In this document: positions 1 to 11,252 of the stretch, one piece after another
Layout of the letters: every line of letters begins with the position of its first letter
Position numbering within the stretch: position 1 is the stretch's first letter
Assembly: GCA_030390025.1 (NCBI GenBank)
Contig: CM059450.1
Span: 26,226,001 to 26,290,000, forward strand
DNA from: Squalus acanthias
Lineage: Eukaryota
DNA length: 64,000 nucleotides
Direction: 5' to 3'
Made by a program: the position numbers and the translations under genes
The notes under the pieces: model-generated
Database searches by the model: none
Seen by the model: only the letters and a program-made list of their open reading frames with translations
What the model was told of the DNA's origin: nothing

Positions 1-69
1 GGGGAGGGATGAAAGAACAAAAGGGAAAGTCAGTGATAGGACAGAAAGCAGGAGAGATTAAGAGACATT

Positions 70-962
70 GGGGGAGAAATTCAGTATCGCCCCATTTGGG
101 GCGCAATTATCGGCCGGGCGCAAAGATTAGCGCCTGGCGCTAATTATCACCACCGACTGCAAACTTGACTTTTATCGCCCCTGGAGGTGATTGCAGCGCT
201 AAATCAGGCGCTTCACACCTGTCTTAAGGCGCAAAGGCCGAGGAGCGAGGCGCTACCTCAGAGCGCTGGCGAAGCTCATGTGATGTCAGTCAGCAATGGA
301 ACACACACACAATGGCATGGGCCAGTTCTTAAAGGGGATGGTTAATCTTGCTTTCCATCCACATCCTGCTCATTGCAGCCTTGAATCTCGGCCTGGAGAG
401 ACCTGCACATCAAATGTGCTGGAAAGAACAATGGAGAGTACCAGGCAAAGAGCTCAGAGTGCAGCTCCCACAGTCTCTGCTAAATCGATACAAGGAATGG
501 CAAATCAAAATGAACCTGCAAAGTGCTGCTCAGTACCCAAAACTCCTTCACACAACGTTGAATCTCTCCAGAAGTCTCTCCCTCTCTCTCTCAGAATGCG
601 TAGTTCAAAAATGGCACCAACAATAAAAGGCAGGAAGCGGTCACCTTTAAATAGCGCTCCCCCTTTCCCTACATGACTGCAGAACGCTCCCCTCAACCTG
701 TCGTTGCTAGCGTCAGGCGGTAAGGCAGGGGGCGCCACTCAATATCCGCTCCGGGGCGATACCGGGGCGTTGCGCACTCGAGTGACGTCATGATCTGCCG
801 GCGCAGGAGATCGTGGCGGTAGTGTTTAGCGCCGCCACAAAATGTCCAGTTAATTTCACGAGCGGCGCAAACTTCGCCGCGCCTGGGCACTCGATGCTTT
901 GCGCCCCATTAGCGCCCTCTTAAGGCGCTAACGGGAGGCACAACCAACTGAATTTTTCCCCC
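70..962. mobile_element. GC-rich non-autonomous DNA transposon (PIF/Harbinger-like) with TIRs
   Basis: Left end GGGGGAGAAATTCAGT and right end ACTGAATTTTTCCCCC form an inverted repeat with one mismatch. ATT flanks both sides (67-69, 963-965). It interrupts a Penelope-like fragment and is related to elements at 33.3 and 43.9 kb. Superfamily is inferred from the 3-bp TSD and G-rich TIRs. Confidence 0.7.
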
Positions 963-965
963 ATT

Positions 966-1240
966 GAGAGACATTAAGAGATATTCAAGGCAAGAGGAGG
1001 TGGAAATGGGACAGGTTGAGGAACAAAGGATGGCTCTAGATGAAGTGTGAATTGCGCTGGCAGAATGAAGGACAGCTGCCATGTGGGAGGGAAGAAAAAA
1101 AGGCCAAACAAAAGTGTGGATAAAAAAAAATAGATATATATGTGATAGGGGCCGGGGTTATGATCTGAAATTGTTGAACTCTATGTTGAGTCCAGAGGGC
1201 TGTAGAGTGCCTAATCGAAAGATGAGGTGCTGTTCCTCGA
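966..1240. mobile_element. Penelope-like retroelement fragment (continues 1..69; inverted terminal piece at about 2420..2505)
   Basis: Purine-rich segment similar to 4920-5090. The piece at 2420-2505 (ATGCTGCCTGACCTGCTGAG...TTCCAGCACCTGCAG) resembles the reverse complement of the terminal segment at 4750-4820. Confidence 0.5.
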
Positions 1241-1450
1241 GCTCAGCGGAGATTCACCAGATTGATACCAGGGCTGAAAGGGTTAAATTACGAGGACAGG
1301 GTGCACAGACTAGGCTTGTATTCCTCGAGTATAGAAGATTAAGGGGCGGTCTAATTGAGGTGTTTAAGATGATTAAAGGAATTAAAGGAGTAGATAGAGA
1401 GAAATTATTTCCTCTGGTGGGGGGGAATCCAGAACAAGGGGGCTTAACCT

Positions 1451-2135
1451 TATCCTTGTTCCTTGTTTCTCATCCTTGTTTTCAAATCCCTCCACGGCCT
1501 CACCCCTCCCTATCTCTGTAATCTCCTCCAGCCCCACAACACGGTGGCATAGTGGTTAGCACTGTTGCCTCACAGCGCCAGGGACCTGGGTTCGAATCCG
1601 GCCTCGGGTGACTGTCTGTGTGGAGTTTGCACATTCTCCCCGTGTCTGCGTGGGTTTCCTCCGGGTGCTCCGGTTTCCTCCCACAGTCCAAAGATGTGCG
1701 GGTTAGGTGATTTGGCTGTGATAAATTGACCCTTAGTGTTAGGGGGATTAAATACGGTGGGATGTGTTGGTGCAGACTCGATGGGCTGAAATGGCCTCTA
1801 TCTACACTGTGGGGATTCTGTGAACCCTCCGAGATATCTGCGCTCCTCTAATTCTGGCCTCTTGAACATCCCTGATTTTAATCGCTCCACCATTGGCGGC
1901 CGTGGCTTCAGCTGCCTGGGCCCTAATCTCTGGAATTCCCTCCCTAAACCTCTCGGCCTCTCTTTCCTCCTTTAAGACGCTCCTTAAAACCTATGTCTTT
2001 GACCAAGCTTTTGGTCATCTGCCCTAACCTCTCCTTGTGTGGCTTGGTGGCAAATTTTGTCTTAAAACACTCCTGTGAAGCACCTTGGGACATTCTACTA
2101 CGTTAAAGGCGCTATATAAATGCACGTTGTTGTTG
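1451..2135 (+). mobile_element. L2-type LINE 3' end, split by HE1 SINE
   Basis: Same sequence as 3555-3980 and the reverse of 6300-6770. Ends in the GGCGCTATATAAATGCA...TTGTTG tail shared with the Deu SINEs. Confidence 0.65.
1540..1822 (+). mobile_element. HE1-like V-SINE
   Basis: tRNA-like head (GGTGGCATAGTGG A box, GGTTCGAATCC B box), V domain GTGTGGAGTTTGCACATTCTCCCCGTGTCTGCGTGGGTTTCCTCCGGGTGCTCCGG and a CR1-like tail. Confidence 0.85.
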
Positions 2136-2700
2136 AAAAATTAGAGCTAGGCCGTTCAGGGGTGAAGTCAGGAAGCACTTCATCACGCAAAAGGTAGTGG
2201 AAATCTGGAACTCTCTCCCCCAAAAAGTAGTTGAGGCTGGGGATCAATTGAAAATTTCAAAACAAAGATTGGTAGATTTTTGTTAGGCACGGGTATTAAG
2301 GGTTACAGAACCAAGGCGGGTAGATAGGGTTAAGATACAGAGCAGCCGTGATCTAACTGAATGGCGGAACAGACTCGAGGCGCTGAATGGCCTCCTCCTG
2401 TTTCTATGATTTACGTTCTCTTAACAGATGCTGCCTGACCTGCTGAGTGTTTCCAATGTTTTTTGTTTTTGTTTCAGATTTCCAGCACCTGCAGTGTTTT
2501 TTGTTTTATGTTCGGCACTCTCTGGTAGTTCCCCAGGCACTAGGACCTGCTTCCCCCAACAGCTGAGTCGGGGAATACACCGTCCCATGTAGAACTGACC
2601 AGGAAGCTCCCAAGCTCAAGCCCCCCCCCCCACCTGTTGTGTGCTGATCTCGGCCAGGGTTGCAGTTGGGGGTGCTACATTTGGCATTCAGCACCTTTAA

Positions 2701-3130
2701 AGAAAGACTTGCATTTATACAGCGTCTTTCACGGCTTCAGGATGTTCCAAAGCACTTCACAGTCAATTAAATACTTCTGAAGTGTAGTCACTGTTGTAAC
2801 GTAGGAAACGCAGCAGCCAATTTGCACACTGCAACAATGCGGTAATGACCAGGTCATTTGTCTTTAGGTCTTGGTTGAAAGATAACTATTGGCAGGACAC
2901 CAAGGAAAACTCCCCTGCTCTTCTTCGAAATAGTGCCATGGGATATTTTACGTCCACCTGAGAGGGCAGACGGAGCCTCGGTTTAACGTCTCATCCGAAG
3001 GTTGGCACCTCCCTCAGTGCTGCACTGGGAGTATCAACCTAGATTTTTGTGCTCAAGTCTCTGGAGTGGGACTTGAACCCTCAACCTTCTGACTTAAGAC
3101 GAGAGTGCTACCCACTGAGCCACGGCTGAC
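2701..3130 (-). mobile_element. SacSINE1-like Deu-domain SINE
   Basis: Reverse-complement match to the full-length copy at 27543-28016. Confidence 0.8.
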
Positions 3131-3554
3131 GTCCAAACACCTTTGGGTTAGGGAGGAGAAAAATCAGCCAGGGTTCCCCATTCCTGATCACTATACAGTG
3201 GTCCCTGCTGGGACATGCGTGTGTAGATATCAGGTGAGGAATTGGATTGGGTCTGGCTGTGGTGCTCCCCATGAATGAATAGCTTAGCTGGCTAAAGGGA
3301 GAGGGAAAATCCCACCTAATTAACACCATCTGGACCCATCCATATCCAGAGCATCTCTCGTCCCTATGATAGAAGGTTATCTGTGGCAGATTTAATTTGC
3401 ATATGCAAATCCCTACTCGCCTCCACCCCGACTGGTTTGTAACCTGGCAACACAGCGATGTAATGTATTACCCAGAGAGAAAAAAATCACATCATGAGTC
3501 GAGGCGTGGCTTGCTTCATTGCTTTAGTCCTTGCACTGGTTTTTTTCCCTTCTA

Positions 3555-3980
3555 ATTTAAAATTCTCATCCTCATGTTCAAATACCTCCACGGCCTCACC
3601 CCTCCCTATCTCTGTACCCTCCTCCAGCCCTGCAACCAATGTTCCCTGTAATTTTTTTTGGGGGGCCGCGCTGCCCATTCAAAAGTCCACGCATGCGTGT
3701 TTTTTTCAATTTAAAAGTTGGCTCACCAGCTGCCCGGGACTCAAGAGCCCTGTGCGGCCATGCAGCTTAAAGGGAACGTTGCCTGCAACCCTCCGAGATC
3801 TCTGCGCTCCTCCAATTCTGGCCTCTTGTGCATCCCTGATTTCCTTCGCCCCATCATTGGCGGCCGTGCCTTCAGCTATCTGAGCCCTAAGCTCTGGAAT
3901 TTCCTCCTGAAACCTCTTCGCCTCTCTCTCTTCCTTTAATTCGCTCCTTAAAACCGACCTCTCTGACCAACCTGTCCTAA
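3555..3980 (+). mobile_element. L2-type LINE 3' fragment containing a hAT MITE
   Basis: Homologous to 1451-2135. Confidence 0.6.
3637..3781. mobile_element. hAT-type MITE (145 bp)
   Basis: TIRs CAATGTTCCCTGTAA / TTAAAGGGAACGTTG. Perfect 8-bp TSD CCTGCAAC at 3629-3636 and 3782-3789. Confidence 0.8.
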
Positions 3981-3984
3981 TAAG

Positions 3985-4625
3985 AATATAAGAACATAAG
4001 AAATAGGAGCAGGAATAGGCCACTTGGCCCCTTGAGCCTGCTCCGCCATTCAGTAAGATCATGGCTGATCTTGAGCAGAAAGCCACTTCCCTGCCCGCTC
4101 CCCATAACCTTTCACTCCCTTATCTTGCAAAAATCTGTCTATCTCCACCTTAAATGTATTTAATGACCCAGCCTCCACGGCTCTCTGGGGCAGAGAATTC
4201 CACAGATTTACGACCCTCTGAGAGAAGAAATTCCTCCTCATCTCAGTTCTAAAAGGGTGACCCTTTATTCTGAAACTATGCCCCCGAGTTCTAGATTTCC
4301 CCACGAGGGGAAACATCCTCTCAGCATCTACCTTGTCGAGCCCCCTCAGTATCTTATATGTTTCAATAAGATCACCTCTCATTCTTCTAAATTCCAATGA
4401 GTATAGGCCCAGTCTGCTCAACCTTTCTTCATAAGTCAACCCCCTCATCTCTGGAATTAACCTAGTGAATCGTCTCTGAACTGCCTCCAATGCAAGTATA
4501 TCCTTCCTTAAATAAGGAGACCAAAACTGTACGCAGTACTCAAGGTGTGGTCTCACCAATACTCTGTACAGTTGTAGCAGGACTTCCCTGCTTTTATACT
4601 CCAACCTTGCAATAAAGGCCAACAT
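3985..4625 (-). mobile_element. CR1 LINE 3' fragment (RT C-terminus, 5'-truncated)
   Basis: ORF 4059..4625 reads LVRPHLEYCVQFWSP...RRMRGDLIETYKI...FFSQRVVNLWNSLP, followed by the CR1 3' UTR and TTCTTATG-like tail repeats. Confidence 0.9.
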
Positions 4626-4627
4626 TC

Positions 4628-4746
4628 CACGGACTGCAGCAGTTCAAGAAGGCGGCTCACCACCACTTTCTGAAGGGGAAATAGGGATGGGCAATAAATG
4701 CCGGCCTTGCCAGCGACGCCCACATCCTGTGAATGAATAAAAAAAA
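4628..4746 (+). mobile_element. LINE 3' tail fragment (CR1-group-like) with A-rich end
   Basis: CAGTTCAAGAAGGCGGCTCACCACCAC...GAATGAATAAAAAAAA. Related diverged reverse copy at about 22040-22310. Confidence 0.5.
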
Positions 4747-4749
4747 GGA

Positions 4750-5090
4750 AAATACTGCGGATGCTGGACATCTTAAATAAAAACAGAAAATGCTGGAAAC
4801 ACCCAGCAGGTTAGGGAGTATTTGTGGAGAGAGAAACAGAGTTAACGTTTCAGGTCGATGACCTTTCATCAGAACTGGAAGATGTTAGAGATTAACAGTT
4901 TTTAAGCAAGTGTAAGCCAGGTAAAAGGGGGGAGGGGGAGGCAAGGTAAGAATAAAATCTGTGATAAGGTGGAGGGCAGGAGTGATTAAATGACAAAAGG
5001 GATGATTGTGCAAGGGCCATTACCATCCAAAGAAACAAGTCAAAAAACAAAAGATGGGTTCAGAGGAGGTGTAAATGGTTACAGGAGAAT
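4750..5090 (-). mobile_element. Penelope-like element terminal fragment
   Basis: Carries the TACTGCGGATGCTGG...AATGCTGGAAAC...CAGCAGGT segment typical of fish Penelope-like termini, plus a hammerhead core. Confidence 0.6.
4840..4876 (-). ncRNA. Minimal type-I hammerhead ribozyme motif (Penelope-associated)
   Basis: Minus strand reads AGUU-CUGAUGA-A-AGGUC-AUC-GACCU-GAAAC-GUU-AACU: both conserved core boxes, a 5-bp stem II, a 4-bp stem I and a palindromic AACGUU stem III. Confidence 0.65.
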
Positions 5091-5289
5091 AGCAGAGGGG
5101 GAGGGAAGCATGGAAAATGTTATATAAATGCCAGTTGCTGCTCTCCTGTGAAGATGTTGAGTTCCTAAAATACCTTGCCCAAGTGGCTACACTTCCTGTC
5201 AGCAGGCTAGTCGGCTAAAGAGGGCATCACAGAGAGCTTGATCCTCTCCTCGCCCTGCGTCCACTCAGAGGCACATTCCAACTTGCGCT

Positions 5290-5660
5290 AGCTTGGCTCA
5301 GTCGGTAGCACTCTCGTCTCCGAGTCAGGGTTTGAGCCCCATTCCAGGATTTCAGCACATAATCCAGGTTGACATTCCAGTGCGGTACTGAGAGAGTCCT
5401 GCATTGTCGAAGGTGCCGGCTTTCGAATGAGACGGAGCATTGTTCAGGTGGATGTTACAGATGCCGTGGCACTATTCCAAGGCGAGCAGGAAATTCTCCC
5501 CATGACATTCCTCCCTCAACGAACGACATCAAAATGGATTATCCATCCATTATCATTTATCTGATTTGCTGTTTGTGGGATCTTGCTGTGCACTAATTGG
5601 CTGCTGCCTTTGTCCACACGACAACAGCGACTGCACTTCAAAAGTAATTCACTGGTTGCC
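5290..5660 (+). mobile_element. Degenerate Deu-domain SINE
   Basis: tRNA-like head and Deu core similar to 27543-28016. Confidence 0.65.
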
Positions 5661-6299
5661 CTCAGGATATCCTGAGTTCTTCCTCTGGATCCAGCATGGG
5701 GTCGGCGATAAGGAGCAGGGTCAATTCTTTGCTTTCCTTGGCTCAGGAGGACTCGGAGAGCAGATCACCATCCTGGCTGAAATCAACTGACTCAGCACAG
5801 GCTGGGTGGTGGGATCAGATATGCGGCTTGTCTGGTCCGTGTGTGGCTCGGTGTCACACCGGGGCGGTGTGTTTAGCCACGGGAGCAGCTGAGGCGGTGT
5901 GCTTCAAAGTCAGCACAAGGCGCAATGACAGGAGAGGATATCTAAGAGAGGACTGTAACCGCCTCTCTCCGGGCTTGGAATAAATTATGTCAGGAAGTCA
6001 TTCAGTTTGTGGTGGGCGGTTTTCCTGGTTTGGCAAATATGTGAAGAAATGAAGGGGAGTCAGTTCCATTCTGATTATAGACGGCTGCAAATAAATGCAG
6101 GGCTGATCCCAACATAAAATTCCGACGCGTCCAAATGATAAAAGCCTATTTCCCTCTCTGTGTCATGTTCCTTTTTTTGCCTTCTCCCCTCTTCTGAAGG
6201 CAGTACCGAGTCACAGGCACCAGGCTCCGTCATTTACCTCGTGCAAGCGCCTATTTGTTATGTATAGAACTGAGCTATACAGACCATGAGGGGTATAAA

Positions 6300-6770
6300 T
6301 AGCAACTTTAATGTAGGAAAATGTCCCAAGGCGCTGTACAGGAGTGTTATCAGACAAAAGCTGACACTGAGCCAAAGACGGAGACATTAGGACAGGGGAC
6401 CAAAGGCCTGGTCAAAGAGGTAGGTTTTAAGGAGCAACTTAAAGGAGGAGAGAGAGGCAGAGAGGTTTAGGGAGGGAATTCCAGAGCTCAGGGCCCAGGC
6501 AGCTGAAAGCATGGCTGCCAATGGTGGAGCGATTGAAATCAGAGATGCGCAAGAGGCCAGAATTGGAAAAGCAGATATCTCGGGGGGTTGTAGGGCTGGA
6601 GAAGGTTACCAAGATAGGGAGGGGCGAGGCCATGGAAGGATTTGAACACATGGATGAGAATTTTAAAATGGAGGCGTTGCCGGACTGGGAGCCAATGTAG
6701 GTCAGCGAGCACAGGGGTGATGGGTGAACGGGACTTGGTGCGAGTTAGGGTATGGGCAGCAGAGTTTTGG
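6300..6770 (-). mobile_element. L2-type LINE 3' fragment
   Basis: Reverse complement of the 1451-2135 family. Confidence 0.65.
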
Positions 6771-7019
6771 CTCAGAGGTGCCCTGAGCTACCGGGATGGA
6801 TCCACGCTTTCAGGATAGCCATGGCGTTTATGCTACTGTGTCTCTTTCTCTCTCTTCCTCTCTTTGTGTGCTGTCTCTAACCTTAATGGTGAACATGACT
6901 CACATCTATACAGTGTCTTCAACGTAGTAAAGTTCCCAAGCCGCTTCCCAGATGCAGTCCCAGGCACCGAGCGGTAATGGAACAGTTTGGGAGGTAACTG
7001 AAAGCATGGTTGAAGAGAG

Positions 7020-7410
7020 AGAATCATAGAATCTGACATCAGACAAAGAGACCATTCTGTCCATCATGCCTGTGAAAGAGCTCTCCAATTAGTCCCGCTT
7101 CTCCTGCTCTTTGTCCATAGCCCTACAAATTTTTCCTTTTCAAGTGTATCTCCAATTTCCTTTTGAAAGTTACTATTGAATCTGCTTCCAGATCACAACT
7201 CGCTGCGTAAAAAAAATTCTCCTCATCTCTCCCTCTGGTTCTTTTGCCGATTAACATTAAATCTGTGCCCTCTGGTTACCGACCCTCCTGCCACTGGAAA
7301 CAGTTTCTCCATATTTACACAATCGAAACCCCTCATGATTTTGAACACCTCTATTAAATTTCCCCTTAGCCTTCTCTGCTCCAAGGGGAACAATCCCAGC
7401 TTCTCCAGTC
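7020..7410 (-). mobile_element. CR1 LINE 3' fragment
   Basis: Homologous to 39655-40080. Confidence 0.7.
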
Positions 7411-7675
7411 TAGGTTCTGAGGAGGCTTTTAAAGGTGGAGGGAGAAGCAGCTGAGCAGAAAGGTTGAGGGAGGAAGTTCCAGAGAGTAGAAGTGAGATGG
7501 CTGAAGGCTTTGCCCCCAGTAATGGAGCAGAGGGAGGTCGGAATCGGAGGCCTGAAGGGTTTACAGGTCAATGAAAGCACACTGGGTTCTTAAAGTCCTT
7601 CTGTATTGGGTGCTGATGACCTTTTCGGGTTGTTCTTGGGGCACTAGTTATTGCTTCCTACATTACAACAGTGGC

Positions 7676-8147
7676 TCACGCTCGATCAGCTCCGATGGAC
7701 GGGCCACATCGTCCGCATGCCCGATACGAGACTCCCAAAACAAGCGCTCTACTTGGAGCTCCGACACGGCAAGAGAACCCCAGGTGGGCAGAGGAAACGC
7801 TTCAAGGACACCCTCAAAGCCTCCTTGAAAAAGTGCAACATCCCCACCGACACCTGGGAATCCCTGGCCCAAGACCGCACAAAGTGGAGGAGAAGCATCC
7901 GGGAAGGCGCCGAACACCTCGAGTCTCTTCGCCGGGAGCAAGTGGAAGCCAAGCGCAAACAGCGGAAGGAGCGCACGTCAACCCAAGTACCCCACCCACC
8001 CGCCCCTTCAACCACCGTCTGCCCCACCTGTGACAGAGACTGTAGGTCCCGCATTGGGCTCATCAGTCACCTGAGAACTCATTTTTAGCGTGGAAGCAAG
8101 TCATCCTCGGGTCCGAGGGACTGCCTAAGAAGAAGAAGAAGAAGAAG
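7676..8147 (+). mobile_element. RTE-clade LINE, 5'-truncated, young insertion
   Basis: Encodes QLRWTGHIVRMPDTRLPKQ...CPTCDRDCRSRIGLISHLRTH, has a (GAA)n tail and an 11-bp TSD ACAACAGTGGC (7665-7675, 8148-8158). It sits inside a Deu-SINE tail. Confidence 0.9.
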
Positions 8148-8729
8148 ACAACAGTGGCAACACTTCAAAAGTACTTAATTGGCTATAGAGTGCTTTGGGA
8201 CGTCTTGAGGTTGTGAAAGGCGCTGTATAAATGCAAGTCCTTTCCTCTTTCTTTCTGCCACCATGTAAGCCTGCCGCCCAGGGTTTGAACTCAAGAGTTT
8301 CCCTTCTCTTAGTGAATCTGTCAGGCAAGATATTGAGCTTCCACTGTCTAGAACATACTAGTTTTAATTAATCGCTGGGAGCATCTCGAGGGCAAATGGT
8401 TACAAGTCGGTGCAGGTTCCCTCTGTGGCTAGTTTGGTAGTTCCACTGCCTGGTTTGGTATAGAGCTGTACGGACCACGGAGGTCTTTGATTTCAATTCC
8501 TTGGGGCTGTGCTGAGCTCGCTGATCTCGGTTGTGGAGGAATGTTGCAGGTTGGCCTCAATACCCCTGGAGGGGGGGGGGGGGGCGGGAAGCAGCCAGGG
8601 TTCCCACGACTGATCATGTGGACGTCACAATTCTCACCTTCTCCTGTGCAGCAACCAGCCACCAGCATGAACAAAGGAACATGGAAACACAGGAACAGGA
8701 GGAGGCCATTCAGCCCCTCGAGCCTGCTG

Positions 8730-9270
8730 GTTGCCTTATCTGAGGAAGGATGTTCTTGCCATGGAAGGAGTTCAGCGAAGATTCACAAGGCTGAAACCTG
8801 GGATGGCAGGAATGACATATGAGGAGAGATTGGGTCGATTGGGCTTATACTCGCTGGAGTATAGAAGAATGAGAGGGGATCTCATCGAAACATATAAAAT
8901 TCTGACAGGTCTGGACAAACTAGATGCAGGAAGAATGTTCCCGATGGTCGGAGAGTCCAGAACCAGGGGTCATAATCTAAGGATAAGGGGTAAGCCATTT
9001 AGGACAGAAATGAGGAAGAATTTCTTCACCCAGAGAGTGGTGAACCTGTGGAATTCTCTACCACAGAAGGTAGTTGAGGCCAAGTCATTAAATATATTCA
9101 AGAATGAGTTAGATATATTTCTTAAAGCTAAAGGTATCAAGGGATATGGGGAGAAGGCAGGTACAGGGTACTGAGTTTGGATGATCAGCCATGATCTCAT
9201 CGAATGGCAGAGCAGGCTCGAGGGGCCGAATGGCCTACTCCTGCTCCTATCTTCTATGTTTCTATGTTTC
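8730..9270 (+). mobile_element. CR1 LINE 3' fragment (RT C-terminus)
   Basis: ORF 8731..9174 (VQRRFTRL...RRMRGDLIETYKI...) and TTCTATGT tail repeats. Nested in an opposite-strand CR1 3' end (about 8670-8730 and 9270-9450). Confidence 0.9.
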
Positions 9271-10609
9271 GCCATTCATTTAGACTGTGGCTGATCTGTA
9301 TCCTAACTCCACCTACCCGCCTTGGTTCCATATCCCTTTATACCCTTGCCTAACAAAAATCTATCAATCTCAGTTTTGAAATTTTCAATTGACCCCCAGC
9401 CTCAAAAGCTTTTATGGGAGAGAGAGTTCCAGATTTCCACTACCGTTTGTGTGATGGAGTCGGTCATTTTTTTACGAAAGTGTAAAACAACCCAGGTAAA
9501 ACCTGCATGAAGATGAACCTCCCTCACCTTGAAGGCAATCACGTTGACAATCTCTGAGATACCAGCGTAACATTTTTCAATCCTGACCCATTGCATTCCA
9601 CAGATTACATTCTTATTGGTCAGTGTTGCGTAGAGTATTTATCACTTCTGCCTGCATTGCCCCTATGACCTTTTGTCCCCGTTCATAACCAGATAGCTGT
9701 CCAGCTTCTTTTTAATGGTGTCCTTTGGCATACTGTTAACACATTCCCCTGATGGCTCAGTTGGTAAGTGCATTGCGCAGTGTGAAACTGAGCCATCCAG
9801 ACTGAGGGTCTCATCAGGCTCAACCTCCAGTCTATGCTGAGTTAGCTGCTCCCTAGCTGATACAGGCCATTTATCGTCTCCCATTGCCAAGCCAATTTGC
9901 AACCCGGTTAATTTGCCCTCGATTCCCTCGAGCTTTAGCTTCTCAAAAAGCCTCACGTGTGGACCTTATCAAATGCATTCTGAAAACTCAGGTAAACTAT
10001 AGGCACTGACAGGCCACATCCACCAAGGCTGTTGTTGACAAGATTGGACACTGCGTGGCCAAATGATGTGTGGTTTTTAACAGTGCAAGGATGAAATCAA
10101 CAGCTGTTGAGAAAGGTTGACTGTCCTGTTGCCCACCCACCTCTACTCTCCCGCTATAATCATTCAGCTCTTGGCTTACTAGTCACATCTGACCTCGGGG
10201 CAAACGAACGGTCAAGATGCATGGGGAAATGGAGAGTGGGAATCCTCAAGAACACTCAGCCTTACTCATCAGTCTTGGCAATCTCTGTTATCTGCAGAGC
10301 CGTTATCCACGGGTGACGGACTGTTATAGCCTTATTAGCCAGGCGACAGAGAAACCCCATCTGTCGCTCCTGGACTCGGTACAGCCCAAAGCCATGCATG
10401 CAATCCAATGACCTGTTACATGCCAAAGTCAAAACTCCTCCACCGTTATAGAGATGTGTCTGGGCTGTCAATCATCAGTAGATTTATGACAGGGGCAGCA
10501 GCACAAAAGTTACAGTAGGAACATAAGAGCTGTTGCAGTTGTACCTTTGCGCTCTATCTGAATGCGAAGCCTCTGCCGACAGTTCAGCATTTGCGTGTTG
10601 CTTCTTCTA

Positions 10610-10985
10610 CTTGGCTCAGTTAGCATCACTCTCACCTCTGAATCAGCAGGTCGTGGGTTCAAGCCATGCTTCAGAACTCAATCACATCATCTAGGCTGAA
10701 ACTTGAGTGCAATACTGAGAGAGTGCTGTCCTGTTGAGGGTGCTGTCTTTCGGATGAGATGTTCAACCGAGGCCCTGTCTTTCTGTTCTGTTGGAAGTTA
10801 AAGATCCCATGGTATCTTCCAAGAGCAGGAAGTTCTCCTGACGTCCTAATTAAAATTCTTCTTTCAACTAACTTCACTGGGGGAAAAAAATTAACTGGTC
10901 GTTCATCTCATTACCATTCGTGAAATCTTCCCATGCATTTGCCCACAAAGCAACAATCACTGCATTTCAAAGTAAATCATTATAT
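10610..10985 (+). mobile_element. Degenerate Deu-domain SINE
   Basis: Head and Deu core similar to 27543-28016. Confidence 0.6.
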
Positions 10986-11252
10986 TTGAGATGTATAAAT
11001 TCTGTGCGCACTTCCTGTCCAACTTCCTGTTGTCACAATTTTTGGTCACACTTTTATGCCAGCATTTAACATTGAAACTGCTTATGTAAACATCTGGAAT
11101 GGAAGTCTTATATGTAAACAGTTGCCTGTAATGAGTCAGTACTGATTCCATTCAAGGGATCTCTCCTCTGAATTAATTCAGGGCATAGTGACTGTTGTTA
11201 TGTACGGCAGCCATTTTGTGCACTGCAACATCTCACAAACAACCATGAGGAA

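Larger units (their letters stand above)
1241..2410 (+). mobile_element. CR1 LINE 3' fragment, interrupted by an L2-like fragment and an HE1 SINE
   Basis: Encodes the CR1 RT C-terminal motif LEYRRLRGGLIEVFKMIKG. CR1 sequence resumes at about 2136 and ends in a GCTGAATGGCCTCCTCCTGTTTCTATG tail. Confidence 0.8.

Noticed and set aside
4059-4625. Host protein-coding gene (also 8731..9174 and 7651..8088)
   Set aside because: These are 5'-truncated LINE reverse-transcriptase C-termini, not cellular genes.
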